From NCBI GenBank assembly GCA_035541085.1, contig DATKNX010000191.1, positions 1-51,316 of the forward strand: a stretch of 51,316 nt of DNA, written 5' to 3'. Source of the DNA: Gemmatimonadales bacterium. Its GTDB lineage: Bacteria > Gemmatimonadota > Gemmatimonadetes > Gemmatimonadales > JACORV01. Below, piece after piece: positions 50,297 to 51,316 of this stretch. Each line of letters begins with the position of its first letter. The stretch's first letter is position 1. Both the position numbers and the translations under genes were made by a program. The notes below the pieces were generated by a model, which did no database searches, was not told where the DNA came from, and was given only the letters and a program-made list of their open reading frames with translations.

Positions 50297-51316
50297 ATGA
50301 CGGCGCCCCCGGACGACCTCGCCACCCGCCTCCAGGCGGCCCTCGGCGCCGGCTACGCGGTCGAGCGCGCGATCGGCCACGGCGGCTTCGCCGCCGTCTA
50401 CCTGGTGCGCGACCTCTCGCTCAAGCGGCCCCTCGCCCTGAAGGTGCTCGCCCCCGACCTCCTGCTCTCGGCCACGGCGCAGGAACGCTTCCGGCGCGAG
50501 GCGGAGACCGTCGCCCAGCTGTCGCACCCCCACATCGTGCCGCTGCACTTCATGGGCAACGCGGGCGACGTGTTCTACCTGGCCATGGAGTACATCGACG
50601 GCGAGAGCCTGGCGGACCGGCTCGAGCGCGAGGGGAGCATCCCCGTGGACGAGGCGACCCGCATCATGCGCGAGGTGGCGAGCGCGCTCGAGCTGGCGCA
50701 CCGGAGGGGGGTGGTGCACCGCGACATCAAGCCGCACAACGTCCTGCTGGAGCGCGAGAGCGGCCGGGCCCTGGTGACCGATTTCGGGATCGCGCGCACG
50801 GCCGAGAACTCGTCGCTGACGGCCACGGGGATGGTGGTCGGCACCCCGGCCTACATGAGCCCCGAGCAGGTCGTGGGCGACAAGGTGGATCACCGCGCGG
50901 ACCTCTACGCGCTGGGCATCGTCGGCTACGAGATGCTCGCCGGCCGGCCGCCCTTCGCCGGGTCCACGCCGACCGAGATCCTGATGAAGCGGGTCGCCAC
51001 GCCGGCGGAGCCCGTGGAGCGGGCCAGGCCCGACGCCCCGCCGGCCCTCGCCGCCGTGATCAACGCGTGCCTGCAGCAGGACCCCGAGCGCCGCGTCCAG
51101 ACCGCGGGCGAGATCGTGCGCTCGCTGGGCGGGATCACGCCGGTCTCCGGCGGGCATTCGACCGCCGAGATCGTCAGCGGCCAGCGGCGGGCCCGTCGCC
51201 AGCTGTTCCTGACGGTCGGGCCGCTCGTCCTGGTGGTCCTGGCCGCCCTCGCCGTGTGGGCGGTGCGCGGGCGGACGGCGCGGCGCCACCGTCCGGCGGC
51301 GCCGGCCGTGCCCGCC
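50297..51316 (+). CDS. Hanks-type Ser/Thr protein kinase (3' partial, runs off the window)
   Basis: Not in the track because there is no stop. ATG 50297 opens 340 codons. Motifs: GHGGFAAVY, ALKVL, HRDIKPHNVLL, DFGIA, GTPAYMSPE. A TM helix (LFLTVGPLVLVVLAALAVWAV) follows. Confidence 0.9.
   Translation, partial: MTAPPDDLATRLQAALGAGYAVERAIGHGGFAAVYLVRDLSLKRPLALKVLAPDLLLSATAQERFRREAETVAQLSHPHIVPLHFMGNAGDVFYLAMEYIDGESLADRLEREGSIPVDEATRIMREVASALELAHRRGVVHRDIKPHNVLLERESGRALVTDFGIARTAENSSLTATGMVVGTPAYMSPEQVVGDKVDHRADLYALGIVGYEMLAGRPPFAGSTPTEILMKRVATPAEPVERARPDAPPALAAVINACLQQDPERRVQTAGEIVRSLGGITPVSGGHSTAEIVSGQRRARRQLFLTVGPLVLVVLAALAVWAVRGRTARRHRPAAPAVPA

Overview
Very GC-rich bacterial chromosomal window; third codon positions are almost always G/C. 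It looks Gram-negative because lipid A and LPS genes, lgt and a PorX-like regulator are present. The phylum is not determinable from sequence alone; a Gemmatimonadota-like or FCB-group origin is only a guess. I support about 50 protein genes and found no rRNA, tRNA, CRISPR array, transposase or integrase. Most of the content is housekeeping. On the minus strand, PBP1A, an amidohydrolase, argR, argG, an SDR reductase and argH form one array. tyrS, yebC-ruvCAB and an EamA-HAD-CYTH-acpS operon are also present. A 10 kb co-directional array runs queA-tgt-yajC-def-fmt-thiE/thiS-thiG-PASTA-rpe-tlpA-ybbR-tsaD-lgt. The less ordinary parts are listed below.
- A beta-barrel-like protein is translationally coupled to a 16-haem c-type cytochrome. 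A PAS histidine kinase, a sigma-54 (NtrC-type) regulator and a USP-like gene follow.
- A 240-nt lower-GC intergenic region after lgt is highly structured, with duplicated hairpins that can pair in mutually exclusive ways.
- A tightly coupled zinc-ribbon gene and an unknown 371-aa gene form a pair.
- A patatin phospholipase is fused to a ferredoxin-like domain.
- A PorX-like REC-PglZ regulator heads an msbA, glycosyltransferase and lpxL operon.
- A glycyl-radical enzyme and its activase are followed by a perfect CRP-type box.
- A 112-nt palindrome built from GTGATGA heptamers lies between two convergent genes.
- Several genes have N-termini that seem to require CTG initiation.
Many long alternative-frame and antisense ORFs in the track are GC-content artefacts and were rejected.
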